NCBI RefSeq assembly: GCF_006345805.1
Contig: NC_043010.1
Coordinates: 5,022,001 to 5,086,000 of the forward strand
DNA from: Octopus sinensis
Taxonomy: Eukaryota
Reading direction: 5' to 3'
DNA: 64,000 bases
In this document: one piece after another, positions 37,775 through 50,149 of the stretch
How positions within the stretch are numbered: the first letter of the stretch is position 1
How the letters are laid out: every line of letters begins with the position of its first letter
The notes under the pieces: model-generated
Told to the model about the DNA's origin: nothing
What the model saw: the letters and a program-made list of their open reading frames with translations, nothing else
The model's database searches: none
Position numbers and translations under genes: made by a program

Positions 37775-38946
37775 TAAGGTGCATTCTAGAAGTTTTGGGA
37801 CGTTTTTTTAGGAGTAGCAGATATAACTGTCCTGGATTATTGTAATTATAGTATTTGATTGCTATACATTTAATATGATGACCTGCCAACGTTTGCTATT
37901 CCAGACTGAAGGAGATGACCGTGACAGCACTTTGGACACACCCTACTAAACACTGCTTGTCACAGCTGACTGGTTTGCAGAATGTTGTTGGAATGGTTAG
38001 AAGCATGCTATGCAGCAAAGTTTTGTGTTAAACTGGGAAAAAACATGACAGAATCTTATGAAATGCTTCAGACTGTGAATGGATTAACTTTTCCATGAGC
38101 ACAAGAAATTCAAAGATGCAGAGAGGATGTGAGAGACAATGAGAGATGTTGGAGGAAGAGAGATGTCCAAACATCAGAGCTGTTTGGAAAAATTCACAAT
38201 TTTCTTCATGAAGCCTGTAGTGTGTCTATAAAGACAACAAGCATACAGTTTGGAGTTGGTGTGGCATCTGTACACAGAACTATTCATGAAGATCTGAACA
38301 GGCACAATATTTGTGCAATGTTTGTTCCTAGGGTGTTCAGTGATGAGTAAAAATAAAAAAATAAATGCGCCCTTTTAAAGCCTAGCCAGGTTCATGGACC
38401 CGGTTTCAATGGCGTATGTGTTCCCTAGCTGGACGGTACGCCAGCCCATTGCAGTGTTACTCATTTTTGCCAGTTGAGTGGACTGGAGCAACATGAAATG
38501 AAGTGTTTTGCTCAAGAACACAACGCGTTGCCCGGTCCAGGAATTGAAACCACAATCTTACGATCATGATGCTGACACCTTAACCACTAAGCCACGTGCT
38601 TCCACTTTAGTGATGAGTACCATAGTAAAAAAAACAACTACTCGACAGATATGGACATCAAAACTGTTCCTCATTCTCCCCAGAGTCAAGACAACATTGA
38701 TCTCTCTGTGACTTTTGGTTGTTCACCCAGCTGAAGGAGAACCTCAAGGCCAACTTGTAAAAGGCTCCTGAACACCTCCCTTTTGAAGGACTTCCATGGG
38801 GTCTTCATGAAATGAAAGGAGCAAATGCAAAATGGTCATTGAAGTCAGAGGATGAGATGTTGAAGAAGATAAGAGTTTTGTACTTCTTTGAGATTAATAT
38901 ATACGTCTCTCCTGAAGATGTTGGGAAACTTCTGGAATGCAACTTA
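37775..38946 (+). mobile_element. Degenerate, internally deleted mariner element
   Basis: TA flanks; TIRs TAAGGTGCATTCTAGAAGTTT/AAACTTCTGGAATGCAACTTA; KFCVKLGK, FVPRVF (WVPREL-like), CDFWLF motifs. Confidence 0.8.
38350..38608 (-). mobile_element. tRNA-derived SINE inserted in mariner
   Basis: 11-bp TSD AGTGATGAGTA at 38339-38349 and 38609-38619. Confidence 0.85.
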
Positions 38947-39038
38947 TATTTTATACTTGTACATTCATTGAGATTTAAAGACACACAAAGTAGCTGTATG
39001 AAGTACAGCCATAAAAGAAAGAAATGCAGTCACACATA

Positions 39039-39115
<77 letters not shown>

Positions 39116-40980
39116 ACACATACACACACATGCACACACCTGCACACATGCTCACATACACACAGAAACACTGGGCGAAATACGTGGCCGTATTTCATCT
39201 GCTGTTACGTTCTGAGTTCAAATTCTGCCAAGGTCGACTTTGCCTTTCATCCTTTTGGGGTCGATAAATAAAGTACCAGTTTCACACTGGGATCGATGTA
39301 ATCGACTTAATCCCTTTGTCTGTCCTTGTTTCTCCCCTCTATGTTTAGCCCCTTGTGGGCAATAAAGAAATATATATATACATGTACAAGCATTCTCTTA
39401 GTCATCGATACCCAAACTCAAGGACCTGTTAGACCAGTGCTTCTCAATTAGGCTCCATTATGTCCTTCAGGTGTTGAAATTTATGTGAAATAAATTGTTT
39501 ATGTTTCTACAATACACAAAGTATTCTAACAACTTATTTTATACAGTTCCTAATGATATTTGTGAAGGCACAATGGCCCAGTGGTTAGGGCAGCGGACTT
39601 GCAGTCGGAGGATCGTGGTTTCAATTCCTAGACTGGGTGTTGTGTGTGTGTTTATTGAGCAAAAACACCTAAAAGTTCCAAGAGGCTTCAGCAGGGGGTG
39701 GTGGTGACCCCTGTTGTACTCTTTCGCCACAACTTTCTATCACTCTCTCTTCCTGTTTCTTGAGTAACACTGTGAGGGACTGGCGTCCCATGTGGGGGGG
39801 GGGACACACATACACCACAGAAACCAGGAAACTGGGCTCATGAGCCTGGCTAGGCTTCAAAAGGGCGACATTTATCCTTCAATGATATTTAGTTTCAAAT
39901 CTTGGTGCAATTTTGGCACAATTTCAGGGGAGGGGTCAAGTAGACTACATAAATCCCATTGATCAACTGGTACTTTATTTTATCGACCTTGAAAGGTTGA
40001 AAGGCACAGTTGACCTTGTCAGAATTTGAACTCAGAACAAAAAGACAGATGAAATGCCACTAAACAGATGTGGCTGTGTGGTAAGAAGCTTGCTTCTCAA
40101 CCACATGGTTCCAGATTCTGTCCCATTGTGTGGCACCTTGGGCAAGTGTCTTCTACTGTAGCCTCAGACTGACCAAAGCTTTGTGAGTGGATTTGGGAAA
40201 TGGAAACTGAAAGAAGCCCGTCATGTATATCTTTGTGTCTGTGTTTGTCCCACCAGTCAGTGCTTGGCAACTGGAGTTGGTGTGTTTACATCCCTGTGAC
40301 TTAGCAGTTTGGCAAAAAGAGGTTCATAGAATAAGTACTAGGGTAAAAAAATAAGTCCTGGGGTCAATTTGTTTGACTAAAATACAAGGCAGTGCTCCAG
40401 CATGGCTGCAGTCAAATGACTGAAACGAATGAAAGAATTAAAGAATAAAAGAATGAGCAATTTGTCTTGTGTGCTAATGATTTTATCAGCTTACCTCATT
40501 ACAATTTCTAATTATATTTAATTATAAAAATATAATTGGATTTTGTAAACATAAAATAGCTATGATGGTCCATCTGAATAAAACAGAAATTAAGACAGTC
40601 CATAGGTGAAAAACAAATGGTTAAAGACCACAGTGTTAGACACTGAATAACCCAATGATATAAAGTTTTGGTGGTCAGAGTTGGGATACCTTTGATCATA
40701 GGTTTGCTTGACCAGGGCTAACCTGGGGTTAAATAGCAACAATAACTACAACAACAGCAACAGCACAAAGACAAAATATACACACTCACTATTAAACACA
40801 CTTTCCGAAATATAGAATTGTTTGTTCCTTCTCGAGCCACGCCTGGCTCATAAGGGCCGGTTTCCCAGTTTCCTTGGTGTATAGGTACCCCACCTGGATG
40901 GGACGCCGGTCCGTCGTAGGTGAGCTGCAAGATGCAGGAGGAAAGAGTGAGAGAAAGTTGTGGTGAAAGAGTCAGCAGGA

Positions 40981-41372
40981 GTGGTTGTGTGGTAAGTAGC
41001 TTGCTAACCAACCACATGGTTCCGGGTTCAGTCCCACTGCGTGGCATCTTGGGCAAGTGTCTTCTACTATAGCTCTGGGCAGACCAATGCCTTGTGAGTG
41101 GATTTGGTAGACAGAAACTGAAAGAAGCCCGTCGTATATATGTATATGTATATGTGTGTGCGTGTATGTTTGTGTGTCTGTGTTTGTCCCCCTAGCATTG
41201 CTTGATAACCGATGCTGGTGTGTTTACGTCCCCGTCACTTAGCAGTTCGGCAAAATCAGACCGATAGAATAAGTACTGGGCTTACAAAGAATAAGTCCTG
41301 GGATCAATTTGATTTGACTAAAGGCGGTGCTCCAGCATGGCCGCAGTCAAATGACTGAAACAAGTAAAAGAG
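40981..41372 (+). mobile_element. SINE A nested in an antisense SINE C (40826-40979 plus 41385-41528)
   Basis: Flanks rejoin into a SINE C-like sequence. Confidence 0.75.
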
Positions 41373-42194
41373 AAAGACAAAGAGAAGTTTGCCACTACCT
41401 TCTGCCGGAGCCACGTGAAGCTTAGGTGTATCGCTCATAAACGCACACGCGTCGCCCGGTCTGAGATTCCAACCCGCGATCTGTCGACCGTGAGTCCACT
41501 GCTCTAATCACTAGGCCATGTGCCTCCACAAATATAGAATAGCCAAATATAAATTATTGATGCAAACATACATATATGTAATGCAGACTTTTATAGGTGC
41601 TAAAACGGAAAGCTTCTCTGTAATCATTTGACCTGCTATAAACAACAGCCAAGTCTGTGATGGCTATGTGGTTCAGAAGTTTACTTCAGAAGCCTGTGGT
41701 TCTATGTTTGGTTTGTGTTTCCTATAATATCTTTGGATTGACCAATGTTTCTTGAATGAAATTTGGCGGGCTGAAATTGTGTGGAAACCAAATGTTGTGC
41801 ATATCAATTGTCTGGCCATTTGCATATACTCTTTTACTTGTTGCAGTCATCTGACTGCGGCCATGCTGGAGCATCACCTTTAGTCGAGCAAATCGACCCC
41901 AGGACTTATTCTTTGTAAGCCTAGTACTTATTGTATCAGTCTCCTTTGCTGAATCACTAAGTTACGGGGATGTAAACACACCAGCATCGGTTGTCAAATG
42001 ATGTTGGGGGGACAAGCACAGACCCACACACACACACAAACATATATACGACGGGCCGCTTTCAGTTTCTGTCTACCAAATCCACTCACGAGGCTTTGGT
42101 CGACCTGAGGTTATAGTAGAAGACACTTGCCCAAGATGCCATGCAGTGGGACTGAACCTGGAACCATGTGGTTCTTAAGCAAGCTACTTACTTT

Positions 42195-43030
42195 TATCAC
42201 CTTCAAAGTATTCTCCATTTGAAGCAATGCATCAGTCCAGGTATGTTTTCCACAATTCAAGCAGTGCTGAAATTCTTGCAAAATGATGCTTTTTAATGCC
42301 TCTGTCGTTTTTTGTTTCACCTCTTCCACATTTACAAATTCTGTAGCACCAGTTTTCGTCACCAGTGATGACTTTCGAAAAAAAAGGTCCGGATCAACTC
42401 ACAACTGTTTTTGCAGTTCGCAACATTCATTCAGTTGTGATTGCTTTTGATCTTCCATGAGTAAGCGAGATACGAATATAACTGCAACCCTTTCCATTCT
42501 CAATCCCTCACTCAAAATTTGTTAGCAGGAGCTCCAGGACACGCCAATCATATCGACAAGTTTATCAATTGTTCAGCAACGTTCATTCAAGATCAGTTCA
42601 TGAATTTCCATAATGTTTTCATTCGTTCGGGAAGTCGACAGTCACCCTCAGTGAGATTGGACTTCGAGAAAGAACTGACCATTCTAAAGTGTGGAAACCT
42701 CTTGTAAACTAATGTTTTGCTCATGGCTATGTTCCTGTAAGCTGTTTGAAGCATGACAACTGTTTACGCCACCGTTTGCAACAGCAGAAAAACAAAATTC
42801 CTCAGAAGCACAGTTTTCCTTCATTTCAGCCATCACAAAAATTGATGAACTGGGGAGAAGCACTGCAAAACAAAGTCACACCACGTGGCAGGACGACTTC
42901 GCTTAAGGACACTGGTTGGCAGACTGGTGCCTGAGGGTCACATCCAGTGGTTTCTAGCAGCAGAAGCCTGAATTACAATGGGTTTGTCTCACAGAGAACG
43001 TTTCCGGTTACTTTTGGGTACCTCGTCGTA
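42195..43030 (-). mobile_element. Internally deleted mariner remnant
   Basis: 5' end TA-CGACGAGGTACCCAAAAGTAACCGGAA; MLQTAY, VITGDE, VEEVKQKTTEALK motifs. Confidence 0.75.
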
Positions 43031-43358
43031 TATGTATGCATGTATGCATGGACAGATGGATGAATATATGTATACACATATAATATGTGTATATATATAT
43101 ACACATATATATATATATATTCACCTTCTCTGAGAATAAAATCTCTCCTCATATCTCCGGAAATTACACCTGCATTATTATGGATGGATTTACCTTTTCT
43201 GTGAAGCTAACAAACTTTTTTAAAAACCTTTTATAAAACTGTGCATCATTAGAGAACATTTTAAGTCTGCTTACAATCTAACTTTGCTTTTCATAGAACT
43301 CTCTTCGATACTTCATGAGTGTAGCCTCACCCCCTAGGATGTTTGGAAAACTCATATG

Positions 43359-43453
43359 TGTTTTGGCTGATGAATACGGGACACTTGTATTTGCTGCAAT
43401 ATTTGCAGCTTTTAATAAATCTGTTCTTCGTATGAAACAATTGTACTGAACAA
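43359..43453 (+). ncRNA. Type I hammerhead ribozyme, canonical core, long stem II extension
   Basis: TGTTTTGG-CTGATGA-ATACG(50 nt)CGTAT-GAAA-C-AATT-G-TA^CTGAAACA. Confidence 0.8.
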
Positions 43454-43711
43454 CTAATCCATTCTTGTTGCTTTTTTCTTGTGTATATATATATATAAAT
43501 ATATATATATATAATATCTATTTATACACACACACACACACAAGGGGTGTTCATTAAAGATTTTCCCTGACCCACTTCCAGTTACAGGTATAATCATACA
43601 TGTCTCTACATTTCACATTGTAAATTGCTGCCATCCACTAGAATTCCTTTGTCTTTTACAGCTGCCGAAGTGGACTAAGGTGTTATAATGGAAGCAGTTA
43701 AATGCTGAAAG

Positions 43712-44087
43712 TTATGGTTTTCTTCTGGAGTTTTGTTTGGAAGAGGAGGTTTTTCCGTCTTTCTCAAAGGCTGTCATTACTTTCAAGACAATGCTTCTTA
43801 ATACACTAAACATTTCAGCTGTTTTCTTTACTCTAGCACCTGCCATACAAGCACCAACAATTTGACCTCTTTGAAAGTCCAATAAATCTGTCATTTTAAT
43901 GAATTTTAATTACCTTTTTCAGATGATATCTGAACAGAAACAGCAATTTTAACAAAACATATTAGCAACACTAATAATAAATTTTAAAAAAAACCATAAA
44001 AATAAACAAGGTTTTGGCATTTTTATAGATATTTCAAAATTATGATGCTTTGAAGCTAGGTATTTCCATTGTTTTGTCCAACCCCTG
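43712..44087 (-). mobile_element. Tc1-like element 5' fragment
   Basis: TA|CAGGGGTTGGACAAAA terminus; MTDLLDFQRGQIVGA.MAGA paired-type HTH start; abuts a mariner-like 5' fragment at about 43544-43710. Confidence 0.75.
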
Positions 44088-44899
44088 TATATATATATGC
44101 AGTCATGTATCTAAACAGTATTTTATATACATCAACATCTGAATAATTGTATATACACAAGAAATTATAAATCTATGTAGACAAACACATGCATCTGTAT
44201 GCTGTAACTTTTTTGTTATTTGTATATAACAATTTGTTGTCCATGTACATTTGGTTTTTGTCTCTTGTAGTTGTGTGTGCAAAAGGAGTGGTATTTGTGT
44301 GTGTGAGTGCATATGTATGCATGTTCGTGTGTATGTGTGTGCATGTATGCGTAGTGTGATATGTGTGTATATATGTGTTATGTAGAGTGTGTGTGTGTGT
44401 GTATATGTGTGTGCAGTCAGCTTTTACACAGTCTCAGTTTGAGTACTGTTGCAGTCTGTGTTGTCCTTTGTACCAAACAAATTCTAATGAGGGTTGTCAT
44501 ATTTCGGGGTCAATTAAATGAATAAATATGAAAAAAATTTACCAAGTAAAATAAAATAAAATAAATCATAGAAGATTCCTTAGTTATTGGTTTCAAATTT
44601 TTCAAATTTTGGTATAAGGCCAACAATTTTTGAGGAGGGCTTAAGCCAGTCACATTGGACCCCCAGTGCTCAGTTGTTGTGTACTTCCTCGATCCCAAAA
44701 GGATGACAGGCAACGTTAGTGGAATCAGAACACAGAACGTAAGGATGGGTGAAATGCTACAAAACATTGCCTGCCATGATAACAAATCTACCAGCTTACC
44801 ACTTTAGAAGATTCTATAATTATTGAGATCACATCAGAACATGCAGATTCTATTGTCTCCTAGGCTGCCATGAACACTACTTAATGTTTACTAATATGT

Positions 44900-45290
44900 A
44901 TAATTAAAAGCAATTCTTGTGTTCCAGATATATGGACGGCATCCACTTCTTCTTGTGGAGAGATTAGACAACATATATGGCATTCTCAGTAATATAGGTG
45001 GCAACATAGACTTCAAAATGAAACATCCTGACAACACTGGGTCTCTCACACTGCTCAGTTTCCAAATGAAATATCACAGAAAAGTGGTTTGTGAAATTCA
45101 ACTTCCTTAAGAAAGATACCTTCAGGAATTTGTTTGTCCCTTAAAGACCAACCCAACCATTTAGCAACACGGCCACATACAGAGTGTGATTCCTATTATA
45201 AAGAACAACAGATTCAGCAAGGCGGGAGACGGAAGAACCAACATCATGTAACTCCAAAGAATGCCACAAGACAATGGTTATTCAGCACCA
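44900..45290 (+). pseudogene. Penelope-like RT remnant
   Basis: RYMDGI resembles RYVDD; IDFKMKHPDNTGSL resembles IKFTME....L.FLD; QDNGY; frameshifted. Confidence 0.5.
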
Positions 45291-47259
45291 TTTGTCAAAA
45301 ACTGGTCAATAAAAATCTTGATTGAAGATTAACACTACTACCATCAACAGCAACAGTTGCTTCTTTAAGCTGTCTCATTACGATAAGTTTAACTGGTGCA
45401 ATCTGCCAAGTGGTTTTCAAAGAGGACTGGATACATAGACGACACAGTTTGGGCCTTGCCTGTGAAGAGGTTTGTCTGAAAAGTAGTACCTGTTTTACAA
45501 CACTTTCAGTGTCATGGCTGATGCCAGTGTCTTCTGACTGGCACTCATGCTGGTGGCATGTAAAAAGCACCATTTGAGCACTGGACCTCACGGAGGCAGT
45601 GACAGGTGAACGAGATCTTTGTCAAGCCAAGTGAGATCGTAGTTGTGGCTGATAATGGTGTCACATTAATGGCACCTGTGTCAGGGGCATGTAAAAAGCA
45701 CCCACTACACTCCTGGAGTGGTTGCCATTAGGAAGGGCATCCAGCTGTAGAAACCTTGTCAAATCAGACTGGAAACTGGTGCAGCTGCCCAGCTTCTGAG
45801 TTTTCAGTCAAGCCCTCCAACCATGCCAGCATGGAAAGCAGATATTAAGTGATGATGATGATTAAGTCCATTGGCCAACTGCTTTATCAACAATGTGAAC
45901 ATGTGTGGTTATGGGTTTTCATTGTGTACTATATAGCATGTAATGATCTCAAGCTTTAGTACAAGGCCAAGAATATTTTAGGAGAAGGAGCAAGCAGATT
46001 ACATCAACCCCAGTTCTCAAGACAAGAGAAAGTACTTATCTTATCAACTCTGAAAGGATGAACACAAAGTTGACCATGGCAGAATTTGAACACCGAAGGT
46101 TCAAAGAACCTGAAGAAATGCCACTTACGATTTTGTCTGACATGCTAATGATCCTGATAATGGATCTGTCTTAGCATGTAGCATGTGATAATGCAATAAA
46201 TTGCTTCATATTGTGTACCTTGTAGCATTAAGGAGGTAATGGATATTATATTTGATGGACTCCCTGCTGTCAACATGTCCATGTAAAGGAACGTATTCAT
46301 AGAAATCCTCATCACTTTGAAATGTAAACAAAAAAGCATGAGACACAGTAGGCTTAGAAGAGAATCACAGAAATTCGAGTCTTTAAGAGAACCCCCACCA
46401 CTACCATCATCACCATCAAACTTCCAGTTTTTCCATACATGCATCCCCACCCAGATAGAATTTTCTGAGGCAGGAGCTCTACAGCTGGATACCCTACCTG
46501 TAACCAACCCTTACCTGTCTTCAGGTAAGCTAAAATTTTCCCAACATGTTTCCGTGAAGGACACCACTTTGCCTGAAAGTGATATTTGTTTACTACCACC
46601 AATAGAAGCCAACACAAGAAAACAATAACACACACACATACACACATGCATACATACATATATAAATGCACACACACACGCACAGAGCTCCTCCTCCCAT
46701 ACACACATATGTATACACCATAAAACGTCAGGAGCTATGAAAGGTGAATATATCTATTTAATCAGTTGTTAACCTTAGGATTACAGCTGTTTTGCAGCCA
46801 CCATCATGTAATAATAATTTTAGTGTATACTCTTTACTCTTTACTCTTTTACTCTTTTACTTGTTTCAGTCATTTGACTGCGGCCATGCTGGAGCACCGC
46901 CTTTAGTCGAGCAAATCGACCCCAGGACTTATTCTTTGTAAGCCCAGTACTTATTCTATCAATCTCTTTTGCCAAACCGCTAAGTAACGGGGACGTAAAC
47001 ACACCAGCATCGGTTGTCAAGCAATGCTAGGGGGACAAACACAGACACACAAACATATACACACACATACATCATCATCATCATCATCATCATTTAGCGT
47101 CCGCTTTCCATGCTAGCATGGGTTGGACGGGTCAACTGGGGTCTGTGAAGCTGGAAGGCTTCGTCAGGCCCAGTCAGATCTGGCAGTGTTTCTACGGCTG
47201 GATGCCCTTCCTAACGCCAACCACTCCGCGAGTGTTGTGGGTGTTTTTTTACGTGCCAC

Positions 47260-47731
47260 CTGCACAGGTGCCAGACAGAGCTGGCGAACGGCCACGAACG
47301 GATGGTGCTTTTACGTGTCACCGGCACGGGGCCAGGCGATGCTGGCAACGGACACGAACGGATGGTGCTTTTATGTGTCACCGGCACGGGGGCCAGCCGA
47401 GGCTGGCAACGGACGTGAATGGATGGTGCTTTTACGTGCCACCGACACGGTTGCCAGACAGAGCTGGCAAACGGCCACGAGCGGACGGTGCTTTTACGTG
47501 TCACCGGCACGGGGGCCAGCCGAGGCTGGCAACGGACATGAACGGATGGTGCTTTTACGTGCCACCAACACAGGGCCAGACAGAGCTGGCAAACGGCCAC
47601 GAACGGATGGTGCTTTTACGTGCCACCGACACGGGGCCAGACAGAGCTGGCAAACGGCACGAACGGACGGTGCTTTTATGTGTCACCGGCACGGGTGCCA
47701 GACGAGGCTGACAGCGGACACGAACGGATGG
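47260..47731. repeat. 60-62-bp tandem repeat in RTE 3'UTR, 7 copies plus a partial
   Basis: GGTGCTTT at 47304, 47364, 47425, 47487, 47548, 47609, 47669. Confidence 0.92.
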
Positions 47732-47778
47732 GTCACTTAACCCCTGCTTTCTGATATATGATTTGATTTTGATTGTTT

Positions 47779-48846
47779 TCACTGGTCTTGCCGGGTCTTC
47801 TCACGCACAGCATACTTCCATAGGTCTCGGTCTCTGGTCATTTCCTTGGTGAGACCTAGAGTTCGAAGGTCGTGCTTCACTACCTCGACCCAGGTTTTCC
47901 TGGGTCTACCTCTTCCACAGGTCCCCTCAACTGCCAGGGTGTGGCACTTTTTCACACACCTATCTTCATCCATTCTCACCACATGAACATACCAGCGCAA
48001 TCGTCTCTCTTGCACACAACATCTGATTCCTCTTAGGTCCAACTTTTCTCTCAAGGTACTTACACTCTGTCGACTATGAACACTGACATTACACATCCAA
48101 CGGAGCATACTAGCTTCATTTCTCACGAGCTTACGCATGTCCTCAGCAGTCATGGCCCATGTTTCACTGCCATGTAGCATGGCTGTTCGTACACATGCAT
48201 CATACAGTCTGCCTTTTACTCTGAGCGAGAGGCCTTTAGTCACCAACAGAGGTAAGAGCTCCCTAAACTTTGCCCAGGCTATTCTTACTCTAGCCGTTAC
48301 ACTTTCAGCACACCCACCCCCACTACTGACTTGGTCACCAAGATAACGGAAGCTATCAACTACTTCTAGTTTTTCCCCCTGGAAAGTGTTTGAAGTTGTT
48401 TTCTGCAGATTTTCAGAGGTTAATGCTCCCGAGCATCTGCCACATACAAAAACCATCTTCCTAGTTAGCCTTCCTATGACATTGCTGCACCTCTTATGTG
48501 TCCATAGCTTACACTTGGTGCATCTTATAGAGTTTCTACCTACACCTTTTCTACAGATCGAGCAGGGCCATCTACCTGAAGGCGTTTGTGATTTGTCTAC
48601 CTTCCTACTTATTAGGACTTTGGTTTTAGCTAGGTTGACTCTTAGGCCCTTCGATTCTAAACCATGCTTCCACACCTGAAACTTCTTCTCCAGTTCTGAT
48701 AATGACTCAGCAATTAGAGCAAGGTCATCAGCATAGAGGAGCTCCCAGGGGCATCCTGTCTTGAATTCCTCCGTTATTGCCTGGAGGACTATGATAAATA
48801 GGAGGGGGCTGAGGACTGAGCCTTGGTGGACCCCTACCTCTACCCG
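47779..48846 (-). CDS. RTE reverse transcriptase C-terminal fragment (about 355 aa, no genuine start) with PHD-type finger
   Basis: GVHQGSVLSPLLF, YADD, FRYLG, LRWY.HVVRM, GRGRPRKTW. Confidence 0.9.
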   Translation of the reverse strand, partial: RVEVGVHQGSVLSPLLFIIVLQAITEEFKTGCPWELLYADDLALIAESLSELEKKFQVWKHGLESKGLRVNLAKTKVLISRKVDKSQTPSGRWPCSICRKGVGRNSIRCTKCKLWTHKRCSNVIGRLTRKMVFVCGRCSGALTSENLQKTTSNTFQGEKLEVVDSFRYLGDQVSSGGGCAESVTARVRIAWAKFRELLPLLVTKGLSLRVKGRLYDACVRTAMLHGSETWAMTAEDMRKLVRNEASMLRWMCNVSVHSRQSVSTLREKLDLRGIRCCVQERRLRWYVHVVRMDEDRCVKKCHTLAVEGTCGRGRPRKTWVEVVKHDLRTLGLTKEMTRDRDLWKYAVREKTRQDQ

Positions 48847-50149
48847 TATATATATATACATATATATACGACAGGCTTCTTTCAGTTTCCGTCTACCAAA
48901 TCCACTCACAAGGCTTTGGTCGGCCCGAGGCTATAGCAGAAGACACTTTCCCAAGATGCCACGCAGTGGGACTGAACACGGAACTATGTGGTTGGTTAGC
49001 AAGCTACTTACCACACAGCCACTCAAAATTATTTTACATATCTGCACCAAAATGCATGCTATACTTTGTACAATACAATTGTACATTTAGAATTCAATGC
49101 AGATAAAGAAGGCTTGCTCATCTGATCAGCAGAACATCATGGTTACACCAATGCTTGGCAGTCACCAGAGTCTATAAATCTATATACTGCACTTCAAATA
49201 TCTATAGCTATATATGTATATATTCTTTTACTCTTTTATTTGTTTCAGTCATTTTGACTGTGGCCATGCTGGAGCACTACTTTTAGTTGAATAAATTGAC
49301 CCCAGGACTTATTCTTTGTAAGCCTAGTATTTATTCTATCGGTCTCTTTTGCCGAACCATTAAGTTATACGGATGTAAACACATTAACATCGGTTGTCAA
49401 GCGATGGTGATGGGACAAACACAGACACACACACACACACACATACACACACACACACGCACACACATACACACACACACACATATATATAACAGGTTTC
49501 ATTCAGTTTCTGTCTACCAAATCCATTCACAAGGCTTTAGGTCGGCCTGAGGCTATAGTAGAAGACACTTGCCCAAGGTACCATGCAGTGGGACTGAACC
49601 TGGAACCATGTGGTTGGGAGGCAAGCTTCTTACCACACAGCCACTCATGCACCATATATATATATATATATATGCATCATGGGTTTCTTTTAGCTTCTAT
49701 CCACCAGATCCACTCACAAGGATTTGGTTGGCCAGGGGCTATAATAGGGGACACTTGCTCAAGGTACAAGAACGCACTTCTACATAGAAATGTATGCTCA
49801 TTCATGTACATACAACCGAATATGCCCGTGCATGCACAAACGTATATAGTTGTGCACTCTTACACACACACACTCTCACATATACACATACATACATACA
49901 TACATACATACATACACACACACTCTATATATGTTCAAATAACTACAAAACCTTCTCAATAGATTTTAACAATTTCTTCACATCGAACGCATAATACTTA
50001 TGCACAAACAAACATAAATATAAACAAATACATGCACACGTGCATGTGTGAGTGTGTGCTGCAGGGGGGGGGGGTGCACATCTACGCACAAACATATGCT
50101 GTCAGAGTCTGTATATACATCGATTTTGCGTGTCTGTGTGAGTTCAAAA

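Larger units (their letters stand above)
47071..48846 (-). mobile_element. Young 5'-truncated RTE-clade LINE
   Basis: Intact RT C-terminal half, tandem-repeat 3'UTR, AGGAAGGGCATCCAGC...CCAACCCATGCTAGCATGG end, (ATG)n tail. Confidence 0.92.

Noticed and set aside
40498-40510. 13-nt minus-strand microexon with GAG|GTAAGC donor (also isolated donor at 7303)
   Set aside because: Weak AT-rich acceptor and no supporting neighbouring exons.
46777-46810. Hammerhead remnant AAAACAGCTGTA on the minus strand
   Set aside because: Shares stem III with 31653-31708, but the core (CATGATG), G12 and stem I are all broken; counted only as a possible decayed copy.
47260-47731. CRISPR-like appearance of regularly spaced repeats (also 21440-21650)
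   Set aside because: Units are contiguous tandem copies without unique spacers, there are no cas genes, and the context is eukaryotic.
48847-48909. Met start of the 376-aa ORF
   Set aside because: The first 21 codons come from the SINE head and TA microsatellite; RT homology begins at about 48846.
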